Assembly: GCA_900766825.1 (NCBI GenBank)
Contig: CAAFWU010000017.1
Span: forward strand, 112 to 64,111
DNA: 64,000 nt
DNA from: Bacteroidales bacterium
Lineage (GTDB): Bacteria > Bacteroidota > Bacteroidia > Bacteroidales > Marinilabiliaceae
Direction: 5' to 3'
Below the pieces are notes generated by a model. The model did no database searches and was not told the DNA's origin. It was given only the letters and a program-made list of their open reading frames with translations. Shown here piece after piece: positions 1-9,854 of this stretch; the stretch's first letter is position 1, and each line of letters starts with the position of its first letter. Both the position numbers and the translations under genes were made by a program.

Positions 1-2
1 CC

Positions 3-317
3 TTCGTCCTCTCTACCGACACCCTGCGCCTCCAAGCCCAAGGAGCCAGCGATGCCAAACTCACCGACCTCCGTTGCCAAGAGTTTCGCGTTCGCATGCA
101 AGGAGCCAGCGATGTAAAAGCCGAGATGTCCAACGTTCCCTTGGTCCTTCTGGACCTCACTGGTGCTTGCGATGCCCGCTTCACCTTCAACAAGTGCGGC
201 ATCCTACGTTGCCAAGCCAATGGAGCCAGCACAGCCCGACTCTCTGGTACCCTCAAGAGCATCGAGGCCCAAGTGACGGGCGGTTCCGACATTAAAAATC
301 ATACCACCGAGTGGTAA
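3..317 (+). CDS. C-terminal fragment of a DUF2807/GIN-domain (putative adhesin-head, beta-helical) protein; 5' end outside window
   Basis: Frame 3 is open from the window edge to the stop at 315-317. The translation carries the same short GAS-type strand repeats (QGASDAK, QGASDVK, NGASTAR, TGGSDIK) as the next ORF. Confidence 0.55.
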   Translation, partial: FVLSTDTLRLQAQGASDAKLTDLRCQEFRVRMQGASDVKAEMSNVPLVLLDLTGACDARFTFNKCGILRCQANGASTARLSGTLKSIEAQVTGGSDIKNHTTEW

Positions 318-362
318 TGTGATATAAGAATTCCATAGCAAACATTTTTACTTTATAAGAAA

Positions 363-1070
363 ATGAAAAAGACATTGTTTTCGCTCGCAGCGTTAACTGC
401 AACACTTTTCATCACCTCGTCTTGTGTCATCGAGCGCCGTCATGCTCAAGATGGCACCATCAGCGAGGGCCTCGACGTTCTCACCGTGGCTGTGCCCAAC
501 TTCACATCCATCGATGCTTGGGGCGCCGTTCAGGTTCACTACACCCCTGGTCCATTGGACAGCGTCCGTGTCGAGGGCGACCCTGAGGATATTGCTCGCT
601 TCGAAGTTAAGGTAGACGGCGATGAACTCAACGTTGGCCCCTCGAGCAGCATGTATGTCGGTCGCAGCAGTAGGCGCACCACCGTTGTCTACATTCAGGC
701 TCCCAATGTTGGCGAGTTCGATATCAGCGGTGCCAGCACACTGGACATCACAGCCCCCTATACCACCAGCCGACTCGATGTCGATGTTAGCGGCGCATCT
801 CACTTCTCGGCTCCCAGCGTAGTCTGCACCAGAGCTTCGTTCGATGCCTCGGGTGCCAGTGGCATCGACTGCTCGCTCGACAGCACATCGTTCATCGAGG
901 CCGAGGCTTCGGGTGCTTCCAATGTCTCCCTTAACCTCAACCGTTGTGGTGGCATAGATTGCAGCGCTTCTGGTGCCAGTGGCATCAGCATCAGTGGCAC
1001 CGTAAACAATGTTAGTCTCGAGAGCTCGGGTGCATCGCGCGTGCACGACAATACTCAAAAGTGGCAGTAA
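363..1070 (+). CDS. Lipoprotein with DUF2807/GIN-domain repeats
   Basis: 235-aa ORF with a signal peptide and lipobox (LFITSS-C). It has six periodic SGAS/SGASG strand motifs typical of the GIN/DUF2807 beta-helix. Confidence 0.65.
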   Translation: MKKTLFSLAALTATLFITSSCVIERRHAQDGTISEGLDVLTVAVPNFTSIDAWGAVQVHYTPGPLDSVRVEGDPEDIARFEVKVDGDELNVGPSSSMYVGRSSRRTTVVYIQAPNVGEFDISGASTLDITAPYTTSRLDVDVSGASHFSAPSVVCTRASFDASGASGIDCSLDSTSFIEAEASGASNVSLNLNRCGGIDCSASGASGISISGTVNNVSLESSGASRVHDNTQKWQ

Positions 1071-1138
1071 ACACCCATCTCTTGTCACTCTCACTTAGTC
1101 AACTCAAATCACACCAATACTCACCATATTTTTCAACC

Positions 1139-1927
1139 ATGAGCGACTCTTTCACCTGGTCTCGTTTCGGCTTCTTGCTGCGCTATTTGGGCATCATGAA
1201 CCTCCGCAGCTACATTAAGCAGTTCGTGGCCTCAGTCATTGGCATTGTGCTGCTCTACCTCTTTCAGACCCATCTGCTGGAGGTCGAAGAGTTCAATCGC
1301 ACACTCCTCTCAACCGAAGGGTTCTTCCTCTTCCTTATGGGCACCGTATGCTGCGCCTCGCTCTTTGGCAATACGGCCCGAAATCGCAATGCCTTCGGTC
1401 AGCTGCTTATGCTGCCCGTGTCGCAGGTCGAGAAGTTTTGGGGCGTTGTGGTCATGAAACTTGTGGCTCCCATCCTCAGCTGCGCCCTCGGCTTTGTTGT
1501 GGGCACACTCTGTGTCGAGCCTTCGTCGGTGGGCGATGCCATCCGCGGCCTCGTGCTCACTCTGCACTTTGTTACCGACAACGTGCACGATGCCAATGCC
1601 GACCACGCTTTTCTCTTTGCGGGTCAGATGCTTGTCATCACGTCCATATTCATGACCCTCTCGTTTTTTACCTTGGTGGGTTTGGTCTTCAGCAAAGCCA
1701 AATGGATCTTGGCTGTGGTCATTCAAGGTGGTGTTACCGCACTCATTAGCTATGGCATAGTCCGCTTCATTAACACCATCGATTGGTCGCAGTACGACAT
1801 CAACTTTCCCAATCTCTATTGGTGGATCGATGGCATCAACGTTCTGCTTGGCGTGCTCTTCTTCTTCCTCAGCTTTAAGCTTTTCAAGAGTCAGCAGGCT
1901 GTCTTTGGTAAATTATTCTGCTTCTGA
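1139..1927 (+). CDS. Polytopic membrane protein of unknown function
   Basis: The ORF has several long hydrophobic segments. I prefer the start at MSDSFTW (1139) over 1061, which overlaps the upstream gene. Confidence 0.55.
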   Translation: MSDSFTWSRFGFLLRYLGIMNLRSYIKQFVASVIGIVLLYLFQTHLLEVEEFNRTLLSTEGFFLFLMGTVCCASLFGNTARNRNAFGQLLMLPVSQVEKFWGVVVMKLVAPILSCALGFVVGTLCVEPSSVGDAIRGLVLTLHFVTDNVHDANADHAFLFAGQMLVITSIFMTLSFFTLVGLVFSKAKWILAVVIQGGVTALISYGIVRFINTIDWSQYDINFPNLYWWIDGINVLLGVLFFFLSFKLFKSQQAVFGKLFCF

Positions 1928-2002
1928 CACGCTCTGTTCCCCTCAATCTCTCTGACTCTTTTTCGTTCTCTTCACTACACCTCACTCATTTTAGTTCACA
2001 AC

Positions 2003-2371
2003 ATGCCTACGTTCAACAATGACAGAGCCATTTTCTTGCAGATGGCGGACCGTCTCTGCGAAGAGATCCTGGTGGGAAACTATCAGGAGGATGAACGTGT
2101 GCCCTCCGTAAGAGATTATGCCATTGCCATGCAGGTGAATGTAAACACAGCTGTCAAGTGTTACGAACACCTCGGTCGTTTGGGCATCATCTACAACAAG
2201 CGCGGCATGGGCTACTTCGTAAGTCCTGGTGCCAAAGAGGCTGTGCTCAACGAAAGAAGGCAAGACTTCATTGACCATGTGTTGCCCGAAATTTTTAGGC
2301 AGATGGATATGTTGGGCATCGATTTGAGTCTGGTCAACCAACTCTATCAAAAGAAAGATGCCAAAGAGTAA
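2003..2371 (+). CDS. GntR-family (YtrA-like, short) transcriptional regulator
   Basis: 122 aa. The N-terminal winged HTH (ERVPSVRDYAIAMQVNVNTAVKCYEHLGRLGIIYNKRGMGYFV) matches the GntR signature, and the short C-terminal tail fits the YtrA subfamily. Confidence 0.8.
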   Translation: MPTFNNDRAIFLQMADRLCEEILVGNYQEDERVPSVRDYAIAMQVNVNTAVKCYEHLGRLGIIYNKRGMGYFVSPGAKEAVLNERRQDFIDHVLPEIFRQMDMLGIDLSLVNQLYQKKDAKE

Positions 2372-2645
2372 TCTCAACTCCCTGCATAAGGTGAGTTCTC
2401 TTTCGTCAAAAAAATCTAAATCCATTCTACTTTTGGGTGTGACAGCATCTCACTATGTTTTAATAGCCTTATTTATGTTTTGTGTCCATTAAAGCCATGA
2501 TAAACAGCAAATTTTTCTGTTTCTTGTTGTCGTTTTGGTAATTGTTATATGCCGCTATAGCTCATTTTTCGCTTGTTACAGAGTAGGTAGTGCACTAATA
2601 ACATAATGAAACACAAATATTTCTTGCACTTAAGGCTTTTTTTAC

Positions 2646-2653
2646 TAACTTTG
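2646..2653 (+). promoter_or_regulatory. Candidate Bacteroidetes -7 promoter box (TAACTTTG) of the rimP-nusA-infB leader
   Basis: Exact match to the TAnnTTTG consensus, about 160 nt upstream of the rimP ATG in an AT-rich spacer. Confidence 0.4.
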
Positions 2654-2685
2654 TCATGCTCATATTTGGCGCACTAAGCGCACTG

Positions 2686-2718
2686 GATAGGGGACCTCGG
2701 TCCCCTATCTTTGTATAT
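2686..2718 (+). terminator. Leader hairpin / candidate attenuator upstream of rimP
   Basis: Perfect 10-bp stem GATAGGGGAC / GTCCCCTATC with loop CTCG, followed by an interrupted T tract (TTTGTATAT). It lies between the candidate promoter and rimP. Confidence 0.45.
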
Positions 2719-2811
2719 AGGCACCACTTTGGCGTCGGTTAGGACGTCTTCTTTGTCTGCCCCTCTGGGGAAAAACACTGCACAACATAACCCCGCACAA
2801 CAGCACAGGTC

Positions 2812-3276
2812 ATGATCGATAAAGATAAAGTGCAATCCATTGTGGCTCCTAAAGTTGAGGCCGATGGCAACTTTATTGTAGAAGTCAGCGTAGATGCCGA
2901 TAACAACATTCGCATTGTTGTAGATTCCGAAGCTGGCATCCCTATTTCCTACTGCGAAGAGCTCGACGCTCTGGTCGAAACAGCTCTCGATCGCGATGTC
3001 GAGGACTACTCTCTCGAGGTCTCCTCGGCCGGCATAGGTTGCGAATTCAAAGTCTTAGGTCAGTTCCGCAAAAACATTGGCAACCAAGTTGAGGTAACCA
3101 TGCCCAATGGTGCTTGGGTTCGTGGCACTCTCGTCGACGTATCCGACGAAGGCTTCGACATCGAAACCGAAGAAAAACGTAAGGTGGAAGGCGAAAAGAA
3201 AAAGCAGATCGTAAAAACTGTTACCCACTACGCCCACTCCAGCGTCCGCTCTGTAAAAGACATCATTGAGTTCTAA
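2812..3276 (+). CDS. rimP: Ribosome maturation factor RimP
   Basis: 154 aa. It has the RimP-like motif (DYSLEVSSAGIG) and sits directly upstream of nusA-infB in the conserved operon order. Confidence 0.85.
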   Translation: MIDKDKVQSIVAPKVEADGNFIVEVSVDADNNIRIVVDSEAGIPISYCEELDALVETALDRDVEDYSLEVSSAGIGCEFKVLGQFRKNIGNQVEVTMPNGAWVRGTLVDVSDEGFDIETEEKRKVEGEKKKQIVKTVTHYAHSSVRSVKDIIEF

Positions 3277-3426
3277 ACGCCGAGCATCATCTCCGTCTCA
3301 CACAAAGTAAGGAGAGTAAGAGAGCAAAAACATCAAGTGTTGATTTTATACAACCGACATTTAACGATATACCTTTTCAAAGAGGTCTAATCCTCTGATC
3401 CATAACAAAATTGAAGTAAGGTTGAA

Positions 3427-4662
3427 ATGGAAAACATCAGTCTGATAGATACCTTTGCTGAGTTCAAAGATCTCAAAAGCATTGACCGCCCAACCATGGT
3501 TCGCATCCTCGAAGAGGCCTTCCGTGGCGTTCTGGTCAAACAATATGGTACCGACTCTAACTTCAACATCATCATAAACACCGACAAAGGTGACTTTGAA
3601 ATTTGGCGCAGCCGCACCGTGGTCGAGGACGACCGCGTAGACGATCCCAACCTCGAGATCGGCATCACCGACGCCAAGAAGATCGATGCCGACTTCGAAC
3701 TCGGCGAGGAGGTGACCGACGAAGTGAAACTCAAAGACTTCGGACGTCGCGCCATCCTCAGCCTCAAGCAAAACCTTGCCGGTTTGGTCATGGAGCTCGA
3801 GAAGGACAACCTCTTCAATCGTTATAAAGAGAGAGTGGGTCAGATTGTAACTGGCGAAGTCTATCAGGTTTGGAAACGTGAGGCTCTCGTTCGAGACGAA
3901 GAGGGCAACGACCTCATCCTCCCCAAGAGCGAGCAAATCCCTGCCGACTACTTCCGCAAGGGCGACACAGTGCGTGCCGTTGTCTCTCGCGTTGAGTTCA
4001 AAAACAACAACCCACTCGTCATCATCTCCCGCATCTCCCCCGTCTTCCTCGAGCGTCTGTTCGAGAACGAGGTGCCCGAGGTCTTCGATGGTCTCATCAC
4101 AATCCGCAAAATCGTTCGTATGCCAGGCGAGCGTGCCAAGGTGGCCGTGGAGTCCTACGACGACCGTATCGATCCCGTTGGCGCTTGCGTTGGCATGAAG
4201 GGTGCACGCATCCACTCCATTGTACGCGAGCTCAAGAACGAGAACATCGACGTCATCAACTACACCAATAATATTCAACTCTATATACAGCGCGCCCTCA
4301 ATCCCGCCAAGATCAACAGCATCAAGATCGATGAGCAAAACCGCAAGGCCGAAGTCTATCTTGATGCCAGCGAGGTCTCTATGGCCATTGGCAAGGGCGG
4401 CAGCAACATCAAGCTGGCCATACAACTTACTGGCTATGACATTGATGTGTTCCGTGAACAGGCCGAAACCGAGGAGGATGTTAAACTCGAAGAGTTCCAG
4501 GACGAAATCGAGCCTTGGATCATCGACGTCCTCAAAGGCGTGGGTTGCGACACCGCCAAATCGGTTCTCGACTTGGGCTATGACGAACTCGTCAAACGTA
4601 CCGACCTCGAGGATGAGACTGTCAAGAGCGTCTTGGCTGTCCTCAAGGCTGAGTTCGAATGA
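3427..4662 (+). CDS. nusA: Transcription termination/antitermination factor NusA
   Basis: 411 aa with an S1 domain and KH domains (DPVGACVGMKGARI, AIGKGGSNI). It lies between rimP and infB. Confidence 0.95.
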   Translation: MENISLIDTFAEFKDLKSIDRPTMVRILEEAFRGVLVKQYGTDSNFNIIINTDKGDFEIWRSRTVVEDDRVDDPNLEIGITDAKKIDADFELGEEVTDEVKLKDFGRRAILSLKQNLAGLVMELEKDNLFNRYKERVGQIVTGEVYQVWKREALVRDEEGNDLILPKSEQIPADYFRKGDTVRAVVSRVEFKNNNPLVIISRISPVFLERLFENEVPEVFDGLITIRKIVRMPGERAKVAVESYDDRIDPVGACVGMKGARIHSIVRELKNENIDVINYTNNIQLYIQRALNPAKINSIKIDEQNRKAEVYLDASEVSMAIGKGGSNIKLAIQLTGYDIDVFREQAETEEDVKLEEFQDEIEPWIIDVLKGVGCDTAKSVLDLGYDELVKRTDLEDETVKSVLAVLKAEFE

Positions 4663-5033
4663 TGACGACTCTTTACGCGGCTGGCTGCGACTGACGGATG
4701 TTATGTGTTCATCGGCTCTTTGGATTTAGCTCCACTCATGTCCTTGTATGACTTTCATGAGACTCATTATGTGAACATTGACCCTTTCTCCGACTGACCC
4801 GTGGTCTTCGCTGCTTCGTTGCTTCGGCTCCCCAGACTTTGGAATACCATTGCGTGAGCTGCGCTTGGTTTCTCGGCTTGGGCTGGCTCCGCAAGCTGTT
4901 ATTTGTGAAACATTCTGATTACATCACACCCCCTTGGGTCCTTTACAGTTGTGGGGGCAACCCATGCCCCCCTCTGAACCCTTGGGCATTGTGACGTTTT
5001 CACTACTCTTAAATAGGGAGATTAATATCATTT

Positions 5034-8000
5034 ATGGCAGGAAGTAAAAGAATATCTGCTTTTGCAAAAGACTACGGTGTCGGCGTCAATTCTATCATTG
5101 AGATCCTACAGAAGAGTTGGCCCGGTGAATTCAATCAAAACACCAAACTCTCCGACGACCAACTCAATGCGTTGGCCAAGGAGTTCAAACTTGACCTCCA
5201 AAACCGACAGGAGGTCGAAAAAATTGGTGAGATCTCTTCCAAGGGCAAGAAAGAGGCTGTGTCAATTCAGACCGACGACGTCATCGTCCGCAAAAACGAT
5301 AGCGCCTCCCTCAGCCAAAACAAAGATCTCTCGCAGAACAAGGAGCAAGACTCTAACCAAAAACAGCAAAACACCGACCAGCCCAAGGCTCAAAGTACCG
5401 ACTCGCAGGCCGAGGCTCCCAAAATTGCTGGTCCCAAAATTGTTGGTAGAGTGGAACTCAACCCCAAAAACAACAACTCCGCCAACAACTCCAAGCCCGA
5501 GAATAACAACGGTTCCAAAAACCAAGCCAACCAGCAGAATCAGACCAAGCAGACGAGTGCCGACAAAGCACCAGCTGCCCAATCTGAGACCAAAGTTGAG
5601 CCCAAAGCAGAGGTCAAAGCCGAAGCCAAGTCCAACGCTCAGCCACAAGCCAAGCCACAAGACGCTCAGCCTAAGCAGTCAACAACCGAGGTCTCTTCTG
5701 CCCCTAAGGCTCAGAACCCTAACAACCTCGAGCCAAAATCTGAAGCAAAACCTGAAGTGAAGCCACTACCCCAGCAACAACCCAATCAAGAGCCCGCTGC
5801 CGAAAACAACAGCAACAACGAGGCTCAAGGTAAGGAGGAAAACGGCATATTCCGCCTCTCAGAGAAACCCACTCTCTCGGGTCCCAAGGTGCTCGGCAAG
5901 ATCGAACTCAAGACCGAGGACCATGGTCGCCATGGCGACAAGAACAAGAAGAAGCGCGAGAGAGTGAAAAAAGGTAGCGAGAAAGTCGACCTCTCTTCTC
6001 AACAGACCATAAGCAAGGTCAATAGCGACATCAACAAAGAGCGCAACAAGCAACGCCAGCAAAAGCAGCAGCAACAACAACAAAATGCTCAGCAGCAACA
6101 GCAACAAGGCGGAGGCAAACGCGATAAGAATCGCAACAAGAACAAGGGCGCTCAGCAACAAAATAACAAGCCTGCCGAGGTAACCGCCGAGGATACACAA
6201 AAGGCTGTTAAGGAGACTTTGGCTCGTCTGATGGCCAAGGGTCACAAGACTGCAACCTCCAAGCACAACCGCGACAAGCGTGAGGCCGTTCGCCAGCGAG
6301 AAGCCGAGGAGGCCGAACGTCAGGAGCAGGAGAAGAGCATCCTCAAAGTAACCGAGTTCGTCACAGCCAACGAGTTGGCTATCATGATGAATGTGCCTGT
6401 CAACAAAGTCATTGCCACATTCATGTCGCTCGGTATGTTCGTCTCCATCAACCAGCGCCTCGATGCTGAGTCTCTCTCTCTCGTGGCCGAAGAGTTCGGC
6501 TTCAAGGTGCAGTTTGTCAGCGTAGAGAATGCACACGAGGTTGAGGAAGAGGTGGACGATGAAGACAAACTTCAGGAGCGTCCTCCCATTGTAACCGTCA
6601 TGGGCCACGTCGACCACGGTAAGACTTCGCTGCTCGACTATATCCGAAATACCAACGTAATTCAGGGCGAGGCTGGCGGCATTACCCAGCACATTGGTGC
6701 CTACGGCGTAACCCTCGAGAACGGTCGCAAGATAACATTCCTCGACACCCCAGGTCACGAGGCCTTCACCGCCATGCGTGCCCGTGGTGCTCAAGTCACC
6801 GACGTGGCCATCATCATTGTGGCTGCCGACGACAGCGTCATGCCCCAGACCATCGAGGCCATCAACCACGCTTCGGCTGCTGGTGTGCCCATTGTCTTTG
6901 CCATCAACAAGATCGATAAGCCTGGTGCCAACCCCGATAAGATCCGCGAGGCTCTGGCCAACATGAACTACCTCGTTGAGGAGTGGGGCGGTCAGTACCA
7001 ATGCCAAGAGATCTCTGCCAAGAAGGGCATCAATGTGGACAAGCTTCTCGAGAAGGTCCTCCTTGTTGCCGACCTCCAGGAACTCAAAGCCAACCCCGAG
7101 CGCAACGCCAGTGGCAACGTCATCGAGAGCTCGCTCGACAAGGGTCGTGGCTACGTGGCAACCCTCTTGGTCCGCAACGGCACTCTGCGCCCTGGCGACA
7201 TGATGGTCTGCGGCTCCAACTATGGTCGTGTGAAAGCCATGTTCAACGAGCGCAACCAAAAGGTCGAAGAGGCTGGTCCTTCAACCCCAGTTTTGGTTCT
7301 CGGTCTCAATGGCGCACCTCAGGCAGGCGAGAAGTTCAATGTCTTCACCGACGAGAAGGAGGCCAAAGAGGTGGCCAACAAGCGCGACCAGCTGCAGCGT
7401 GAGTTCAGCATGCGCGCCACACCTCACATCACCCTCGACGAGATCGGTCGTCGCATTGCCCTCGGCAACTTCCAGGAGCTCAACGTCATTGTCAAAGGCG
7501 ACGTGGATGGCTCTGTCGAGGCTCTCTCCGACTCCCTCATCAAGCTCTCGACCGAAGAAATACGCGTTAACGTCATCCACAAGGCCGTGGGTCAGATCTC
7601 AGAGAGCGATATCCTTTTGGCTGCCGCTTCCAATGCTGTGGTCATCGGCTTCCAGGTTCGTCCTTCGGCAGCAGCTCGTCGTTTGGCCGAGCGTGAGAAG
7701 ATCGATATCCGCCTCTACTCCATCATCTACGATGCCATCGAGGAGCTCAAGAGCGCCATGGAGGGCATGCTCTCGCCCGAGATCCGTGAGCAAGTTACTG
7801 GCAACCTTGAGGTTAAGGAGACCTTCAAGATCTCTAAGGTCGGCACCATCGCTGGCTGTATTGTCAACGACGGTAAGGTCAAGAGCAAGAGCAAGGTCCG
7901 CATCATCCGCGACGGTATTGTGGTTCACTCGGGCGAGCTCGAGAGCCTCAAGCGTTTCAAGGACGACGTCAAGGAGGTTGTGGCTGGTCTCGAGTGCGGT

Positions 8001-8087
8001 ATGAACGTCAAGGGCTACAACGACTTGCAAGTGGGCGATATCATCGAAGCCTACGAGGAGATTGAGGTGGCTCGCAAACTCGACTAA
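5034..8087 (+). CDS. infB: Translation initiation factor IF-2
   Basis: 1017 aa. GTPase motifs are present ([21 protein letters not shown]). There is a long Q/K/N/P-rich N-terminal low-complexity region. Confidence 0.97.
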   Translation: MAGSKRISAFAKDYGVGVNSIIEILQKSWPGEFNQNTKLSDDQLNALAKEFKLDLQNRQEVEKIGEISSKGKKEAVSIQTDDVIVRKNDSASLSQNKDLSQNKEQDSNQKQQNTDQPKAQSTDSQAEAPKIAGPKIVGRVELNPKNNNSANNSKPENNNGSKNQANQQNQTKQTSADKAPAAQSETKVEPKAEVKAEAKSNAQPQAKPQDAQPKQSTTEVSSAPKAQNPNNLEPKSEAKPEVKPLPQQQPNQEPAAENNSNNEAQGKEENGIFRLSEKPTLSGPKVLGKIELKTEDHGRHGDKNKKKRERVKKGSEKVDLSSQQTISKVNSDINKERNKQRQQKQQQQQQNAQQQQQQGGGKRDKNRNKNKGAQQQNNKPAEVTAEDTQKAVKETLARLMAKGHKTATSKHNRDKREAVRQREAEEAERQEQEKSILKVTEFVTANELAIMMNVPVNKVIATFMSLGMFVSINQRLDAESLSLVAEEFGFKVQFVSVENAHEVEEEVDDEDKLQERPPIVTVMGHVDHGKTSLLDYIRNTNVIQGEAGGITQHIGAYGVTLENGRKITFLDTPGHEAFTAMRARGAQVTDVAIIIVAADDSVMPQTIEAINHASAAGVPIVFAINKIDKPGANPDKIREALANMNYLVEEWGGQYQCQEISAKKGINVDKLLEKVLLVADLQELKANPERNASGNVIESSLDKGRGYVATLLVRNGTLRPGDMMVCGSNYGRVKAMFNERNQKVEEAGPSTPVLVLGLNGAPQAGEKFNVFTDEKEAKEVANKRDQLQREFSMRATPHITLDEIGRRIALGNFQELNVIVKGDVDGSVEALSDSLIKLSTEEIRVNVIHKAVGQISESDILLAAASNAVVIGFQVRPSAAARRLAEREKIDIRLYSIIYDAIEELKSAMEGMLSPEIREQVTGNLEVKETFKISKVGTIAGCIVNDGKVKSKSKVRIIRDGIVVHSGELESLKRFKDDVKEVVAGLECGMNVKGYNDLQVGDIIEAYEEIEVARKLD

Positions 8088-8145
8088 CAGACTCGCTTGG
8101 TCGCAAAACGTCCAAGTTGTCTAACATACAAAATCCATCCAATGG

Positions 8146-8190
8146 GGGGAGCAGCAGGTGGTTTCCTGATTGCTCCCCTCTTTTTTCTTT
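8146..8190 (+). terminator. Rho-independent terminator after infB
   Basis: Stem GGGGAGCA / TGCTCCCC followed by TCTTTTTTCTTT. Confidence 0.6.
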
Positions 8191-8213
8191 TCTCTCACAA
8201 ACTCTCTTGCATC

Positions 8214-9491
8214 ATGTCATCGCTTTTTAAACTCAACCTACCCATCAGGAGTGCGGGATGGCGCTGGGTGCCAAGCCTCTATGTTTTTCAGGGTTTGCCA
8301 TCTTGCATGGTCATGACCACCTCGGCCATCTTTTATAAGGACATGGGCATCTCCATTGAGAGCTTTGCCTTCTGGACCAGCTTGGTTAGCTTGCCTTGGT
8401 CTCTCAAACCCCTTTGGGCTCCCGTGGTGGAACGCTTTGGTACAAAACGAGGGTGGACTTTGGTTATGCAACTGCTGCTGACCATTCTCTGCGGTGCTTT
8501 GGCACTCTCGCTCTTTACGGGCGGTGTCTTCTATGCCCTCTCGCTCTGCATTATGCTGCTCATAGCCTTTGCCTCGGCCAGTCACGACATAGCTTGCGAT
8601 GGCTACTATATGTTGGCTCTCGACCAAAAGGAGCAGAGCTTTTTTGTGGGCATACGCTCCACGTTCTATCGCATAGCCATGGTTGTGGCCACGGGTCTCA
8701 TACCCTTTATGGCTGGTAGGGTAGGTGCTCAGGTTTCGGCCACAGTGGGCTGGGCTTCGGCCATTGGGGGCGTGGCGGTGGCCATGCTGCTCTTGCTGCT
8801 CCTCTGCCGGTGGGGCATGCCAGCGGTGGCGGAAAACACAGGGCGTCAGGATAATGGATTGCAGATTCTTTGGCGAGCTTTGCGCTCGTTTTTTACTCAT
8901 GCGGACGCTTGGCGTTTTGTGCTCTTCTTCTTGCTCTATAGGTTGGGCGAGGCTCTGCTCTGCAAGGTTGTCACACCCTTCCTTATCGAGGACCGAGGGG
9001 CAGGAGGCATAGGCATGACGGTGGACCAATGTGGCATGGCCTACGGCACGGTGGGCGTCATAGGCTTGGTTGTTGGCGGCATTGCGGGTGGTGTGCTGGC
9101 TTCGCGCTATGGTTTGCGACGTCTGCTATGGCCCATGATTCTCATGATGAACCTCCCCAACTTGCTCTATGTGGCCATGGCTCATTTTCAGCCCGATGCC
9201 CTCTGCCCATGGGTAACCTGTGGCATCTTGACCGAGCAACTTGGCTATGGCTTTGGCTTTACGGCCTATATGCTTCTGCTGCTGCGCTATGTGGCTCATG
9301 CTGAGTATAAGGCGGCGGAGTATGCCATTGGCACATCGCTCATGGGACTTAGTCTGCTGTTGCCAGGTATGGTGGCGGGTCATCTGCTTACATGGGTGGG
9401 AAGTTACGAAAACTTCTTCCTTGTGGCTTCGTTTGCCACTCTGCCTGGCATGTTGCTTGCAGCTTTCATTCGTGTGAAGGATGAGGAATAG
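8214..9491 (+). CDS. MFS transporter, AmpG-like (muropeptide/permease family)
   Basis: About 12 hydrophobic segments. The N-terminus (YVFQGLPSCMVMTTSAIFYKDMGIS ... LKPLWAPVVE) resembles AmpG-type MFS proteins. The start is set at 8214 because the infB terminator lies inside the longer 8097 ORF. Confidence 0.7.
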   Translation: MSSLFKLNLPIRSAGWRWVPSLYVFQGLPSCMVMTTSAIFYKDMGISIESFAFWTSLVSLPWSLKPLWAPVVERFGTKRGWTLVMQLLLTILCGALALSLFTGGVFYALSLCIMLLIAFASASHDIACDGYYMLALDQKEQSFFVGIRSTFYRIAMVVATGLIPFMAGRVGAQVSATVGWASAIGGVAVAMLLLLLLCRWGMPAVAENTGRQDNGLQILWRALRSFFTHADAWRFVLFFLLYRLGEALLCKVVTPFLIEDRGAGGIGMTVDQCGMAYGTVGVIGLVVGGIAGGVLASRYGLRRLLWPMILMMNLPNLLYVAMAHFQPDALCPWVTCGILTEQLGYGFGFTAYMLLLLRYVAHAEYKAAEYAIGTSLMGLSLLLPGMVAGHLLTWVGSYENFFLVASFATLPGMLLAAFIRVKDEE

Positions 9492-9624
9492 GGGGCTGAA
9501 TATCAATGGCAAAGTGAAATATTATGTCTAAAAAGAGCATCATCTTGTCCACCGTGCGATGCTAAAAGACAAGGCAAGGAGCAAACTTTATCTCTTTTTG
9601 TTTTTTTGCGCACAATAATTTTAC

Positions 9625-9632
9625 TACCTTTG
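9625..9632 (+). promoter_or_regulatory. Candidate -7 promoter box (TACCTTTG) for tRNA-Arg
   Basis: TAnnTTTG match 14 nt upstream of the mature tRNA 5' end. Confidence 0.45.
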
Positions 9633-9645
9633 CGCTCGTAATGCT

Positions 9646-9719
9646 GGTTCCGTAGCTCAGCTGGATAGAGCAACAGCCTTCTAAGCTGTGGGTCTTGGGT
9701 TCGAATCCCAACGGGATCA
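9646..9719 (+). tRNA. tRNA-Arg (anticodon TCT)
   Basis: A 74-nt cloverleaf was folded by hand. The acceptor is GGTTCCG/CGGGATC, with a D arm GCTC..GAGC. The anticodon stem is ACAGC/GCTGT with loop CTTCTAA, and the T arm is TTGGG-TTCGAAT-CCCAA. No CCA is encoded. Confidence 0.9.
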
Positions 9720-9731
9720 CTTGCTTCCAAT

Positions 9732-9771
9732 TCGCCATCTCGGGGTTTCCTGAGGTGGCGATTTTTTTTTT
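9732..9771 (+). terminator. Rho-independent terminator after tRNA-Arg
   Basis: 10-bp stem TCGCCATCTC / GAGGTGGCGA (one G-T pair) followed by T10. Confidence 0.7.
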
Positions 9772-9854
9772 AGTGGAGATAATAAGAAAGAGAGGCGAGG
9801 TCGGTGACCCCGTCTCTCTTTCTTTGTGTATAACTAGTTTGTCAGTTCTCTCTT

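Noticed and set aside
3361-4425. There are long antisense ORFs opposite well-identified genes. Examples are 3361-4425(-) in nusA, 5859-7259(-) in infB, 30162-31889(-) and 32584-33561(-) in the efflux genes, 41882-42838(-) and 43762-44784(-) in the glycogen genes, 45176-47341(-) in glgP, 50742-52907(-) in the HTCS, and 58227-60005(-) in alaS.
   Set aside because: They are shadow ORFs typical of GC3-rich coding DNA. Their translations are low-complexity (V/G/L/D/E-rich) with no motifs, while the sense strands encode unambiguous conserved proteins.
5200-6300. The Q/K/N/P-rich low-complexity N-terminal region of IF-2, including a (CAG/CAA)n poly-Q stretch near 6060-6110.
   Set aside because: Variable low-complexity N-terminal domains are a known, ordinary feature of bacterial IF-2. 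It is not evidence of a separate element.
8097-8213. The longer start (8097) for the MFS transporter.
   Set aside because: The extension contains the infB terminator hairpin and T-run (8146-8190). The MSSLFKL start at 8214 follows it.
9646-9719. tRNA-Arg as an integration att site, with a duplicated 3' end elsewhere in the accessory region.
   Set aside because: I could not find a second copy of the tRNA 3' segment (GGGTTCGAATCCCAACGGGATCA) by eye, and no integrase is present. This needs a computational repeat search to settle.
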